Source: Candidatus Aminicenantes bacterium
Lineage (GTDB): Bacteria > Acidobacteriota > Aminicenantia > Aminicenantales > UBA8522
Assembly: GCA_017886205.1 (NCBI GenBank)
Contig: JAFNEO010000012.1
Span: forward strand, 235,207 to 299,206
DNA length: 64,000 nt
Reading direction: 5' to 3'
Positions 1 through 9,590 of the stretch are shown here, in pieces. The notes beneath the pieces were generated by a model. That model saw nothing but the letters and a program-made list of their open reading frames with translations. It was not told where the DNA came from and ran no database searches. Numbering within the stretch: the stretch's first letter is position 1; every line of letters starts with the position of its first letter. The translations under genes were made by a program, and so were the position numbers.

Positions 1-2124
1 CATTTTTTTCTGGTCCTTGCACTCGTCTTGATAGTGGGTTCTTTCTCGTGCGCTAAAAAACAAGAGCCGAAGCCGGTCGCACCGGCCGAGACGAATCCAT
101 TTTTCACGGAATGGACGGCGCCGTTCGGGACGCCGCCATTCCCCGAGATCCAAGAAGCCCACTACCTGCCTGCCTTCACGGAGGGCATGGCCCGCCAGAA
201 GAAAGAGGTCGAGGCCATCGCTTCGAGCGCCGAGGCCCCGAGCTTCGCCAATACCATCGAGGCCCTCGAGCGCACGGGGGAACTCCTCACCAAGGTCGAC
301 AACGTCTTCTACGCCCTGACCGACAACAATACGAACGAGGAGCTGCAAAAGATCGAAGCCGCGGTCGCGCCCATCCTGGCCAAGCACAATGACGATATTG
401 CCCTCAACGACATGCTTTTCCGGCGCGTCGAAGCAGTCTGGAGGGAAAAGGACAAACAGACCCTAACGCCCGAGCAGGCCCGGCTTCTGGAGCTGACCTA
501 CAAGACCTTCGTCCGCAGCGGCGCCGCCCTCGATGAAGCCAAGAAGGCCGAGCTCCGCAAGATCAACGAGGAACTGGCCGTCCTGACGGTTAAATTCGGT
601 GAAAACGTCCTCAAGGAAGACAACGGTTTCATGCTGGTCCTGGAAAAGCAGGAGGACCTGGCCGGCCTTCCCCAGGACGTCGTCACGGCCGCCGCCGAAG
701 CGGCCAAAACGAAAGGGCTCTCCGGCAAGTGGGTCTTCACCCTCCACAAGCCAAGCTGCATTCCGTTCTTCCAGTACTCGGCGCGCCGCGACCTCCGCGA
801 GCAGCTTTTCAAGGCTTTCATCAGCCGGGGCGACAACGGCAACGCGTTCGACAACAAGGCCGTTTTGGCGAAGATCGCGGTCCTTCGCGTCAGGCGGGCC
901 GCCCTTCTCGGCTACAAAACGCACGCCGACTACGTGCTCGAGGAGAATATGGCCAAAACGCCGGCCGGAGTTTATAAGCTCCTCGACCAACTCTGGGGGC
1001 CGGCCCTGGCCATGGCCAAGACGGAAGCGAAAGACCTCCAAGCCCTGATCGACAAGGAAGGTGGCAACTTCAAGCTCGAGCCCTGGGATTGGTGGTACTA
1101 TGCCGAGAAGCTGAAGAAGGCCAAATACGAGCTCGATGACGAGGTCCTGCGGCCCTATTTTGAACTCAAAGCCGTCCGCCAGGGAGCCTTCGACGTGGCC
1201 GGCAAGCTCTGGGGGCTCAAGTTTGAGCCGCGAACCGACATCCCCGTCTATCATCCCGACGTCGAGGTCTTCGAGGTCAAGGAGGCCGATGGAACACACC
1301 TCGGAATACTCTACACAGACTATTTTCCGCGGGCTTCCAAGCGGGGCGGCGCCTGGTCGGGCGCAATCAGAGAACAGTCGGTCCGGGACGGCCGGAAAGT
1401 GACACCGGTCATCTTCAATGTCGGAAATTTCACCAAGCCGACAGCGGAGAAGCCCTCCCTCATAACGTTCGAGGAGGCGCTGACGCTCTTCCACGAGCTC
1501 GGCCACGCCCTTCACGATCTGCTTTCGAACGTGACCTACGAGTCACTCTCCGGGACCAACGTGCCGCGCGACTTCGTCGAGCTCGGCTCCCAGATCATGG
1601 AGAATTGGGCAGGAGATCCCGAGGTTATCAAGTCCTATGCCAAGCACTACCAGACAGGCGAACCCATCCCGCAGGAGCTCGTGGACAAGATCAAAAAGGC
1701 GAGTCTCTTCAACCAGGGCTTCGCCACCGTCGAGTATATGTCCGCCTGCTACTTGGACATGGACTGGCACACGCTGTCCGAGCCGGTGGAGCAGGATCCC
1801 GTCGGTTTCGAGAATGCCGCCATGAAGAAGATCGGCCTGATTCCGGAGATCGTCGTCCGCTACCGCAGTCCCTACTTCCAGCACATCTTCAGCGGCGGTT
1901 ATTCGGCAGGATACTACAGCTACATCTGGAGCGAGGTGCTCGACGCCGACGCCTTCCAGGCCTTCAAGGAGACGAGCCTGTTCGACCAGGCGACGGCCAG
2001 GAGCTTCCGGGAGAACATCCTGGCCAGGGGCGGTTCGGAGGACGCCATGGCGCTCTACAAGCGGTTCCGCGGCCGGGAGCCCAAGGTCGAACCCCTGCTC
2101 AAACGCAAAGGCTTCTTGAAATAG
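1..2124 (+). CDS. dcp: M3-family peptidyl-dipeptidase (Dcp/oligopeptidase A-like); 5' end outside window, N-terminal lipoprotein-like signal (LVLALVLIVGSFSC)
   Basis: HELGHALH zinc-binding HExxH motif and overall M3A architecture in 698-aa ORF; ORF is open to position 1 in frame. Confidence 0.8.
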   Translation, partial: HFFLVLALVLIVGSFSCAKKQEPKPVAPAETNPFFTEWTAPFGTPPFPEIQEAHYLPAFTEGMARQKKEVEAIASSAEAPSFANTIEALERTGELLTKVDNVFYALTDNNTNEELQKIEAAVAPILAKHNDDIALNDMLFRRVEAVWREKDKQTLTPEQARLLELTYKTFVRSGAALDEAKKAELRKINEELAVLTVKFGENVLKEDNGFMLVLEKQEDLAGLPQDVVTAAAEAAKTKGLSGKWVFTLHKPSCIPFFQYSARRDLREQLFKAFISRGDNGNAFDNKAVLAKIAVLRVRRAALLGYKTHADYVLEENMAKTPAGVYKLLDQLWGPALAMAKTEAKDLQALIDKEGGNFKLEPWDWWYYAEKLKKAKYELDDEVLRPYFELKAVRQGAFDVAGKLWGLKFEPRTDIPVYHPDVEVFEVKEADGTHLGILYTDYFPRASKRGGAWSGAIREQSVRDGRKVTPVIFNVGNFTKPTAEKPSLITFEEALTLFHELGHALHDLLSNVTYESLSGTNVPRDFVELGSQIMENWAGDPEVIKSYAKHYQTGEPIPQELVDKIKKASLFNQGFATVEYMSACYLDMDWHTLSEPVEQDPVGFENAAMKKIGLIPEIVVRYRSPYFQHIFSGGYSAGYYSYIWSEVLDADAFQAFKETSLFDQATARSFRENILARGGSEDAMALYKRFRGREPKVEPLLKRKGFLK

Positions 2125-2139
2125 ACTGCTGGCAGGGGC

Positions 2140-3618
2140 TCACTTAATCCGCGCCAGGAGATGGCCGATCTTGCGGGCGACAGGGCTTGCGCCCCCGTCG
2201 ACATTGGACATGACGGCGACTATAAGCCCGAAATCCACGTAGATGTCGAGGTTGGAGTTGATGCCGTCAAACCCGCCGCCGTGACCAACGACCTTTCCGG
2301 CAGGACCCTCGCTGACCGAGAACCCGTAGCCGTAGTCCGCCTTCAGGTGGTCCGTCCACATGGCATTCCGGGTTTCCTTTGAGACATACTTCCCGTCGAG
2401 GAGGGCCAGGGCGAAATTGTGGAGGTCCTTGACGGTCGAGAACCCACCCCCGGCCGGACCGCCTTTGATGACGTGCTTGTAGAGGTTGTTCTGCCAGCCG
2501 TAGGGGCTCTTCGGGTCGGGGCTGTAGCCGATGGCCAGGTTCTCGACCGGGTAATCCATCTCGTAACAATCGGTGTTTGTCATCCCGGCCGGCTCGTAGA
2601 TCGCCTTCCTGATATAGCTGAAATAATCCTCGCCGCTGACTTTCTCGATGACAACACCCAGCAGGAACATCCCGGTGTTGCTGTACTGGAATTGTTTTCC
2701 CGGTTCGAAGGCCGGCCGGTCGTCCTTGATCAGGGGCTTGTAGTCATCGAGCTTGCGGAAAAGGGCGCGGGAGCTCTTCATGTAGGTCTCGTTGAAGTAG
2801 CTCCCCAGCCCGGAGGAATGGGTGAGGAGATGACGGACCGTGATCTTGTCCGTTACTTCTTTGGGAAGCCAGGATTCGTCGATGTATTTGCCGATCGGGT
2901 CGTCAAGGGAGAGCTTCCCCTTCTCGGCCAGCTGGACGATAGCCGTCGAGGTGAACATCTTGTTCATCGAGCCGAGGTTGAACTTAGTGTCGATGTTGTT
3001 GGGCACGTGGAAGGCCTTGCTCGCTTCCCCGGCGGCCATGGTCAAGAGCACCTGATCTCCCTTGGCTATAAGCAGCGTTCCCGAGAACAAGCCCTTATCG
3101 ATGAGCTTGGCCATGAAGGCCTTGGTCTGGCTCAGGAACTCCTCCTGGGTCAGGGGCAGCTCCTGGACGCTCTTCGGCGGGCGGGCGGGGCTGAAGCCGA
3201 TGCCGGCGATGAGGTGCTCGGGAGCAGCGCCGAACCGGACGACGATGCCCTGCCAATCCTCTAGGTTCTGGTCCTTGACGATAACTACGGTTTCTCCCTG
3301 GCGTTCGGGCATATAGGTGCGGATCCCTTGGAAATCGATGCCGCCCGTATCCCGGAAGAATCCCAGGAAGACGCTGATGTGTTCGTCCATGGGGGCCATG
3401 TTGCGGAAGCGCTCGGCGCACTCCGTGGAGATGAATTTGCGGACGCGCTCCATGTCCCCCGAGTTCAGCGTGTCGATGAGAGACTGGATGCGCTGGCCCT
3501 GGATGCCCGCGGGCATGACCGGGCTGTCTTTATAGTCGCCCTCCACAGGCCTCTGCGACCAGCCGGCCTGGACCATGAACAGACAGATAAATAGAACCGC
3601 GAAAAGCCTACGTTTCAT
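2140..3618 (-). CDS. Secreted serine hydrolase of the beta-lactamase/PBP (class C-like) family
   Basis: N-terminal signal peptide (MKRRLFAVLFICLFMVQAGWS); S-x-x-K motif 'GSMNKMF'; beta-lactamase-fold length and pattern. Confidence 0.75.
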   Translation of the reverse strand: MKRRLFAVLFICLFMVQAGWSQRPVEGDYKDSPVMPAGIQGQRIQSLIDTLNSGDMERVRKFISTECAERFRNMAPMDEHISVFLGFFRDTGGIDFQGIRTYMPERQGETVVIVKDQNLEDWQGIVVRFGAAPEHLIAGIGFSPARPPKSVQELPLTQEEFLSQTKAFMAKLIDKGLFSGTLLIAKGDQVLLTMAAGEASKAFHVPNNIDTKFNLGSMNKMFTSTAIVQLAEKGKLSLDDPIGKYIDESWLPKEVTDKITVRHLLTHSSGLGSYFNETYMKSSRALFRKLDDYKPLIKDDRPAFEPGKQFQYSNTGMFLLGVVIEKVSGEDYFSYIRKAIYEPAGMTNTDCYEMDYPVENLAIGYSPDPKSPYGWQNNLYKHVIKGGPAGGGFSTVKDLHNFALALLDGKYVSKETRNAMWTDHLKADYGYGFSVSEGPAGKVVGHGGGFDGINSNLDIYVDFGLIVAVMSNVDGGASPVARKIGHLLARIK

Positions 3619-3628
3619 GATCTCCTCC

Positions 3629-5005
3629 TCACTTCTCTTCTTTAATCCGGCTCAGGTGCTGTTTTCCGCCGTCGCGGAAGTGGCCGATGGCCTCGTATTC
3701 CTTACCCTCTTGGTCGAGCACGAATTCGACCTGGATCTCGCTGTCGTCCTCCGGGACGAAATAGGTTGGACTCAGCGCGATCAGCCTGAGTTTCATCCCT
3801 CGAGCCAGGACGTAGATCTGGCCGTTTTCGAGCGTTATCTCGCCCTCGGTGTAGCGTCCCACGTATTTTTTCAAGATGGCTTCGTCGACCACCGCCGGTT
3901 CCATCTTGGCCCGCAGGTCGTTGAGGGCCCATTGCAGACGGGCTTTGGCCTCTTCGCCTGGGGCAGCCTTCATCATTTTTTCCAGGGAGACGGTCCGCGC
4001 CTTTCCCAGGGCCTTGTCGCTCTCCACCGCGATATCGGGCGCGACCCCTGTGCCCTCCCAGTTTGTCTTGCTGATGGGGTTCACCGCCCGGCCGGTCGGG
4101 ACCCAGACCAGAAAGCTGTCGTTGACGATTTGCATCCCGCCGGGGTGGGCACCGCCGCCCGTGGTCTCGCCGACGATGGTCGCCCTCTTGAGGTTCTTCA
4201 TGTTGTAGGTGAATTCCTCGGCCGCGGAGAAGGTCCTCCGGCTCGTTAGAATATAGAGGTCCGTGTCGAACATCGGCCTCCCGGGGACGTAGTGGAAGCT
4301 CCAGTACTGCTCGAGGGTCTCTTCTCCTCGGTTCTCGAAGCTGTTGAGATGGGTTCGTTCTTTGAGGAAATAGCTGCTGATGAACTGGATCATCTCCGGG
4401 TTGCCGCCGCCGTTCCGGCGGAGGTCGATGATGACGGCATCGGCGTTGGCCAGGAAGTTCATCGCGGCTGCGGCCGTCTCGGCCGCCTCCCTGAACCCGG
4501 AGAAACCGCGGAGGTCGAGGTAGCCGATTTTCCCGTCAAGGAGCTTGAGCTCCTGGAAACCGAAGTTGCCCTTTCGCTCTTCCCTGAGGGCCTGCTGCCG
4601 TTCTTTCTCCCGATCGTCGGCGCTTTGGCTGTTCCGGGCTCTGATCCGCTTCACGATCTCGGGGCCATAGACACAGCGGATGTGCCGGTCCTTGCTCACA
4701 CTGCGAAGATCCTCGGTCAGGACGCGTGCGAAGGCCTGGACGTCCTCGACCTTGTTGTACTGCCCTTCCTGGAGCTTCTTCGTCAGCAGGGCCTCCATCT
4801 CTTTGGCCTTATCGGGGAAGATGTAGAGCTTCACCATCAGCTCTCCGACTCCTTTGACCACTTCGGCCCTCATCTTGGCATCGAGAGCCGGCGGTTTGGC
4901 CGTTTCCTCTAAGCCTTGGGCGAAAGAGGGGAGGGCCGAGCAGGAAAATAACAGCGCAAACAGGATGATGATAAAAATCGAGATTGCCTTCTTCAAATCA
5001 GCCAT
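3629..5005 (-). CDS. S41-family C-terminal processing/tail-specific peptidase
   Basis: Signal peptide; conserved S41 block 'TSRRTFSAAEEFTYNMKNLKRATIVGETTGGGAHPGG'. Confidence 0.75.
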   Translation of the reverse strand: MADLKKAISIFIIILFALLFSCSALPSFAQGLEETAKPPALDAKMRAEVVKGVGELMVKLYIFPDKAKEMEALLTKKLQEGQYNKVEDVQAFARVLTEDLRSVSKDRHIRCVYGPEIVKRIRARNSQSADDREKERQQALREERKGNFGFQELKLLDGKIGYLDLRGFSGFREAAETAAAAMNFLANADAVIIDLRRNGGGNPEMIQFISSYFLKERTHLNSFENRGEETLEQYWSFHYVPGRPMFDTDLYILTSRRTFSAAEEFTYNMKNLKRATIVGETTGGGAHPGGMQIVNDSFLVWVPTGRAVNPISKTNWEGTGVAPDIAVESDKALGKARTVSLEKMMKAAPGEEAKARLQWALNDLRAKMEPAVVDEAILKKYVGRYTEGEITLENGQIYVLARGMKLRLIALSPTYFVPEDDSEIQVEFVLDQEGKEYEAIGHFRDGGKQHLSRIKEEK

Positions 5006-5041
5006 ATGGGCCTCCCTTTTTGGTTATTTCAGTTTATATAT

Positions 5042-5057
5042 ACGTAAGCGCTTACGT
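5042..5057. promoter_or_regulatory. Perfect 16-bp palindrome ACGTAAGCGCTTACGT between MarR-GNAT gene and S41 peptidase gene (candidate MarR operator) plus adjacent hairpin TCCGTT-N7-AACGGA
   Basis: Direct reading of sequence; lies 37-52 nt upstream of the S41 start codon on the minus strand. Confidence 0.3.
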
Positions 5058-5080
5058 TTCCGTTGCAAAAAAACGGACGC

Positions 5081-6046
5081 TTACTCCAGGTTCAGCTTCA
5101 TCGCAAACCCGAACTTGGACCGGCCGAACCGGCCCGAGGCGGTCGCTTCGTTCGGCGCGGCCTTGAACCCCAGCCTGCGGTAAAGGCCCACCGCCGCCCG
5201 CAGGCGGTTGTCGGTCCGGAGGACGATCCTCTTGGCACCCTTGTCCCGGGCCCTGGAGATCGCCTCCTCCGTCAGCCGACGCCCGACCTGTTTTCCCTGG
5301 GCCTTGGGCGTGACGGCCATCTTGGCGATCTCATAGGTCTCATCATCCAGCTTCAGGAGGGCGGCCGTGCCCACAATCCTATCCCCCAGTCGGGCGAAAA
5401 GGACCGATCGCCCGCCCTCGATGATCTCCTTTTCCGGATGAAGGAGAAGCCGCGCGTCGGCCTCTTCGACCTCGAAATACTTCTTCAGCCATTCCTCGTT
5501 TAGCTTCCTGAAGGCGTCCTTGTACTCCGGGGAGAAATCGATAATCTCGACCGCCTCCGCCTGCATGTCCTTGATCTTCTTGATGATCCGGTTTCCCATT
5601 TCTTCCTTGTCGAGCTCCGCCTCGACTCTCTGGATGCCGTCCAGCATATCCACCCCGGCGCTGTCGAAGAGCTCGGTGGCGGCGGCCAGAAAACAGTTCC
5701 AGACCGGGGCGAGCGAGGCGGCGAGCTCTTTCCCTTTGGGAGTGATGGCCAGCCGCCTTTTCCTCCTGTCAACATTGTCCTGGAAGGACCGGACGAGGCC
5801 TCTTTTCACCAGCATCTGGGCGGTCTGGATGACGGCCGGGTGGGAGACCTTCAGGTCGTCGGCGATCTCCTGGATGGACAGGGGAGAGTCCTCGGTGTAC
5901 AGACGATAAAAAAGGGTGAACCAGCGGGGCTCAAAATCGAGGCCGAGGGAGCGGTAGGCTTCACTTCCGCCGCGCAGAAGCCCATCCGTCAGCCTCTTCA
6001 TCCGGCTGGCGATGGCGAGGTAACCGAGCTCCTTGAGGAAATCCAT
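5081..6046 (-). CDS. MarR-family winged-helix regulator fused to GNAT N-acetyltransferase domain
   Basis: N-terminal MarR-like wHTH (SIQEIADDLKVSHPAVIQTAQMLVKRGLV...DRRKRRLAITPKG); C-terminal GNAT motifs (QGKQVGRRLTEEAISRARDKGAKRIVL...YRRLGF). Confidence 0.7.
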   Translation of the reverse strand: MDFLKELGYLAIASRMKRLTDGLLRGGSEAYRSLGLDFEPRWFTLFYRLYTEDSPLSIQEIADDLKVSHPAVIQTAQMLVKRGLVRSFQDNVDRRKRRLAITPKGKELAASLAPVWNCFLAAATELFDSAGVDMLDGIQRVEAELDKEEMGNRIIKKIKDMQAEAVEIIDFSPEYKDAFRKLNEEWLKKYFEVEEADARLLLHPEKEIIEGGRSVLFARLGDRIVGTAALLKLDDETYEIAKMAVTPKAQGKQVGRRLTEEAISRARDKGAKRIVLRTDNRLRAAVGLYRRLGFKAAPNEATASGRFGRSKFGFAMKLNLE

Positions 6047-6227
6047 GATCCCAAGACTATCTTAGTTGTTTCATAATATCATCAAGATTTCTGGGGCACA
6101 ACACCTGAAATTGGGGACACCATATCAATTTCCGAAATTCAGCGAGAGCTGGCGGCAGAAATCAGGCCTGGGTATTGTGTCGCTCATCATGGTGTGTTAT
6201 TAAATAGAGAAGACGGCAGGGAAATCC

Positions 6228-7589
6228 ATGATCGGCCAGACGCTCAAACACTATAGGATCGAAGAGCTCCTGGGCATGGGCGGCATGGGTGTGGTCTACC
6301 GGGCGCGCGACACCAAGCTCCAGCGGCCCGTCGCCCTGAAGCTTCTCAAGCCCGAGCTCGTCGCCGACCCGGTGCGCAAGAGCCGCTTCCTGGTCGAGGC
6401 CCAGTCCGCCGCGGCCGTCACCCATCCTGCCATCGCCTCGGTCTATGACATCGACGAGGCCGACGGCACGATGTTCATCGCCATGGAGTACATCGAAGGC
6501 CCGACCGTCGGCCGCCTAATCGCCGAGGGCGAGCTCGACCTCCAGGGAGCCGTCGAGATCGGTCACCAGATCGCCGAAGGCCTGGCCCGGGCCCACGAAG
6601 CGAACATCATCCACCGGGACATCAAGTCCGATAACATCATGGTCACCCGGGACGGCCATGCCAAGCTCCTTGACTTCGGGCTGGCCAAGCTCCTCGATCC
6701 CGGCCTCACGGAAGACGATCTGCCCGCGGAGGTCAGCCGCACCCTGACAAGGGAGCGGGTCCACACGATCGCCGGAACGGTCCTGGGCACCACCAACTAT
6801 ATGAGCCCGGAGCAGGCCCGGGGCCGGCCCGTCGATTCGAGGAGCGACATTTTTTCCCTCGGCGTCGTCCTCTACGAGATGGTGACCGGGGAGCTTCCGT
6901 TCAGCCGAGAGACGGCGCTGGACACGATGCATGCCATCGTCTTTGAAGACGCCAAGCCCGTGACATCCCTGCGCCGGAACCTCCCGCCCCAAGTTCACCA
7001 GATCATCTCCCGCTGTCTGCGTAAGCGTCCCGAAGACCGCTACCCGGACGCCGGCCGACTGGCGGACGACCTCAAGCGGCTGGAGCAGAACATCGAGACT
7101 GGGACGAGCCTCTCCCTTCCTGCCGGAGAACGGATCAGGGGCTGGCTGGAATCCATCAAGACGTCGGTTCCGTTTGGGAACAAAGGACTAATCATCCTGG
7201 CGGCCGTCCTTGTCCTGGCCGTCGCTTTGCTCTTTACCGGGGTGCAGTGGGGAAGCCTCATCGGACCTGCCTTTCTGGTCTTATTTTTTTATCGGTTCGC
7301 CCGCAACCGGAAACGCCGGATGCTTTCGGATTTCACTAAGAAAATTTCGAAGCTTCCTGAAGTCAAGGCCGTCGTCATCCAGGAAGACCGGATCACGGTT
7401 GTCCTCGACAAGGCGCCGGCCAAGACCTACATCCACATCAACAGTCGGCTCGAGTCGCTCAACTCAAGGCTGTTTTTCGGCAAGCCGGCCGTTGTCGAGA
7501 TCAAGGATAACCTTACTGATGCGGAGCTCAAGAAGCTTATCCGCCAGCCGGGCGTCGTCTATATCAGAGACGACATCACGCTCGAATAG
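6228..7589 (+). CDS. Hanks-type Ser/Thr protein kinase with C-terminal transmembrane segment and extracytoplasmic tail
   Basis: GMGGMGVVY glycine loop, HRDIKSDNIMV catalytic loop, DFGLAK, SPEQARG; TM helix LIILAAVLVLAVALLF. Confidence 0.85.
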   Translation: MIGQTLKHYRIEELLGMGGMGVVYRARDTKLQRPVALKLLKPELVADPVRKSRFLVEAQSAAAVTHPAIASVYDIDEADGTMFIAMEYIEGPTVGRLIAEGELDLQGAVEIGHQIAEGLARAHEANIIHRDIKSDNIMVTRDGHAKLLDFGLAKLLDPGLTEDDLPAEVSRTLTRERVHTIAGTVLGTTNYMSPEQARGRPVDSRSDIFSLGVVLYEMVTGELPFSRETALDTMHAIVFEDAKPVTSLRRNLPPQVHQIISRCLRKRPEDRYPDAGRLADDLKRLEQNIETGTSLSLPAGERIRGWLESIKTSVPFGNKGLIILAAVLVLAVALLFTGVQWGSLIGPAFLVLFFYRFARNRKRRMLSDFTKKISKLPEVKAVVIQEDRITVVLDKAPAKTYIHINSRLESLNSRLFFGKPAVVEIKDNLTDAELKKLIRQPGVVYIRDDITLE

Positions 7590-7593
7590 TCCC

Positions 7594-7630
7594 AATTCGG
7601 TGCCAGACATTTAATTACCGAAATTCTAAT
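7594..7630. repeat. REP-like repeat family B copy (AATTCGGTGCCAGACATTTAATTACCGAAATTCTAAT)
   Basis: Near-identical to copies at 8729, 9552(rc), 16864, 34105. Confidence 0.8.
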
Positions 7631-7718
7631 TATGGAAATCAAATGCCTGGCCCATTATTATGTGGCAATTTATCATGCCCACGTGAAGAGACTACGGGAC
7701 GGAATTCGTCATCACCGG

Positions 7719-8642
7719 CTAAGGTCCAACGCTTTCCGCCGGTGCTGCGAAAAGCCGATACTCAGGGCCGAACTGGGCCAGGAATTCCAGGCTGAAGGCC
7801 CGGAGGGTGTACCAGAAGGGAAGCGTCACGACCGTGCCGATATAGGGGATGACCAGGAGCAGCCACCCGATGCAGCAGGTCACGAGTCCGGCGAAGATGA
7901 CCACGACCACAAACAACACGTAGAGCACAAAAATGAGCAGCCCGTACAGGATGAAGTGAAAAGGGTGGTGACCCAAGAGCGGGAGGAAGCGGCGCCAGCC
8001 TGCGACCGTCGAGAGGCGCTCTTTGCCCATGATCGGGACGACGAAGTCATTGAGGAACAGGGAGATATAGCCGATGACGATGAGGAGGAGGAGGAAGGCC
8101 AACCCCATACCGACCAGAAAAAGAATGGGCACCCGGCGGCCGAAGCCGACGTCATAAATCTGCCGTGCCCCTACGAAGAAAAAGACGATAAAGGCCACGA
8201 ATATAGCGAAGCTCACTAAACCGAACACTAGCCGCCAAAGGAACAGCGAGTCGCCTTCCTTTCGAAACTCCCCCCAAGGCTTGGCGATCTCGGCGCGGTT
8301 GTGGACCACGTTGTCGAGGAACATGAATTTTCCTCTCGAGCTCAGCCAGAGCAGGACGATCCCGACGGCGATCACGACCAAGGCCAGGACCCCGATGGCG
8401 ATGAACCAGCCCGGATGGCTCGTCAGCCATTCCCAGCCTCGATTGGGCAGGTCGAGGAATTCGCGGAAGGTCATATCGCCGCGGGCTCTTCCTCCGGCCG
8501 ATCCGTTCCGGCTTTCGGCCAACCCGGCCAGGAAGGCATTGAAACCGACGACAAACCACTTGTGCAGGTCGAAAGGCCTGAAAAGGGCCAGTTTCATCCG
8601 CTCCCAGGCGCGTCCGAAGGGCTCGAGGTAGGCGATGCGCAT
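7719..8642 (-). CDS. Polytopic integral membrane protein of unknown function
   Basis: 307-aa ORF with >=6 predicted hydrophobic helices; no recognisable catalytic motif. Confidence 0.45.
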   Translation of the reverse strand: MRIAYLEPFGRAWERMKLALFRPFDLHKWFVVGFNAFLAGLAESRNGSAGGRARGDMTFREFLDLPNRGWEWLTSHPGWFIAIGVLALVVIAVGIVLLWLSSRGKFMFLDNVVHNRAEIAKPWGEFRKEGDSLFLWRLVFGLVSFAIFVAFIVFFFVGARQIYDVGFGRRVPILFLVGMGLAFLLLLIVIGYISLFLNDFVVPIMGKERLSTVAGWRRFLPLLGHHPFHFILYGLLIFVLYVLFVVVVIFAGLVTCCIGWLLLVIPYIGTVVTLPFWYTLRAFSLEFLAQFGPEYRLFAAPAESVGP

Positions 8643-8728
8643 CTTATCCCTCCCCGATCGAAAGCGAATCTCACATCCTCTGTGGCGCTATTTTATCATC
8701 GAAACGCCCCCCGATGGCAAATTTTTTC

Positions 8729-9590
8729 AATTCGGTGCCAGGCATCTAATTGCCGAAATTATCGCTAACTGCTCGCTGACGCTTACCGGCTAGGTCGGAG
8801 GCACCTTCCTTGGTTTAGGCCCGCGTCTTTGCGGTGCAATTTTTTTGCCAGTCATCTTCTCGAGTTTCTCGATGAAACCTTGATCTCCCAACGGCCGGCC
8901 CGTCGAAGCATGATTTCGCAACAACCTCACCTCGGGTTCTGAGACTCCTTCTGCAAGGAAGGAGGCCCAGTCTTTGATTTGGGTTGCAAGATCGCAGTCG
9001 ACAATCACGGGGTCCGGCCTCCTATTGATGTGAGCCTCCGCACTCGACCACGGATAATCTTCGGCATTGGCGACAATGCCGGCTCTGACAGGATTGAGTT
9101 CGATGTAACGAAAGGCCGCGACCAAGTACGATTGGTCCATCGGATAGGAGATGAAACGTCCCTGCCAAAAGCTGCCTTTCCAGTCCTCGCGCAGATTAAT
9201 CGCCAGGGCATACCGCCAATGAGCCGCACTCATCGCGAGGGCCAGGCTTTCCGGCGTCTTGGGTACGGCAATCAGGTGGACATGATTGTCCATCAGGCAG
9301 TATGCCCAGAACGACAGGCCGGTCCGGTCCCCCTGCTTTTTGAGCAAACTTAGATAGAATCTGCGATCTTCATCGCCAAAAAAAACACGCTGGCGTCGGT
9401 TGCCACGCTGAATCACATGATGGGGGTAATCAGGAACGACCACTCTAATTTTTCGAGGCATCAGCCCTAATCCCTAAACGATATGGATGTTTCTTGCAGC
9501 ACGTTCTCTGATAAATGGAAGGACGCTATCAGGAGTGCAAGATTCTCAGATGCCTACCGAATTAGGTAATTAGATGCCTGGCACCGAATT
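8729..9590. mobile_element. REP-RAYT-REP unit (REPtron-like): RAYT gene flanked by inverted family-B REP copies
   Basis: Family B repeat at 8729-8760 (+ orientation) and 9552-9590 (inverted) bracket the IS200-like tyrosine transposase ORF 8790-9461. Confidence 0.65.
8790..9461 (-). CDS. REP-associated tyrosine transposase (RAYT; IS200/IS605 TnpA-like Y1 HUH enzyme)
   Basis: PDYPHHVIQRGNRRQ N-terminal block, HUH motif 'DNHVHLIAVP', catalytic Tyr block 'AFRYIELNPVRAGIV' typical of RAYT/TnpA_REP. Confidence 0.8.
   Translation of the reverse strand: MPRKIRVVVPDYPHHVIQRGNRRQRVFFGDEDRRFYLSLLKKQGDRTGLSFWAYCLMDNHVHLIAVPKTPESLALAMSAAHWRYALAINLREDWKGSFWQGRFISYPMDQSYLVAAFRYIELNPVRAGIVANAEDYPWSSAEAHINRRPDPVIVDCDLATQIKDWASFLAEGVSEPEVRLLRNHASTGRPLGDQGFIEKLEKMTGKKIAPQRRGPKPRKVPPT

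Noticed and set aside
463-1515. 350-aa minus-strand ORF plus several 60-150-aa ORFs inside the M3 peptidase gene
   Set aside because: They are overlapping or antisense to a gene with a clear HExxH M3 signature. These are GC-driven open frames.
2419-3264. 281-aa plus-strand ORF
   Set aside because: It is antisense to the beta-lactamase-family gene.
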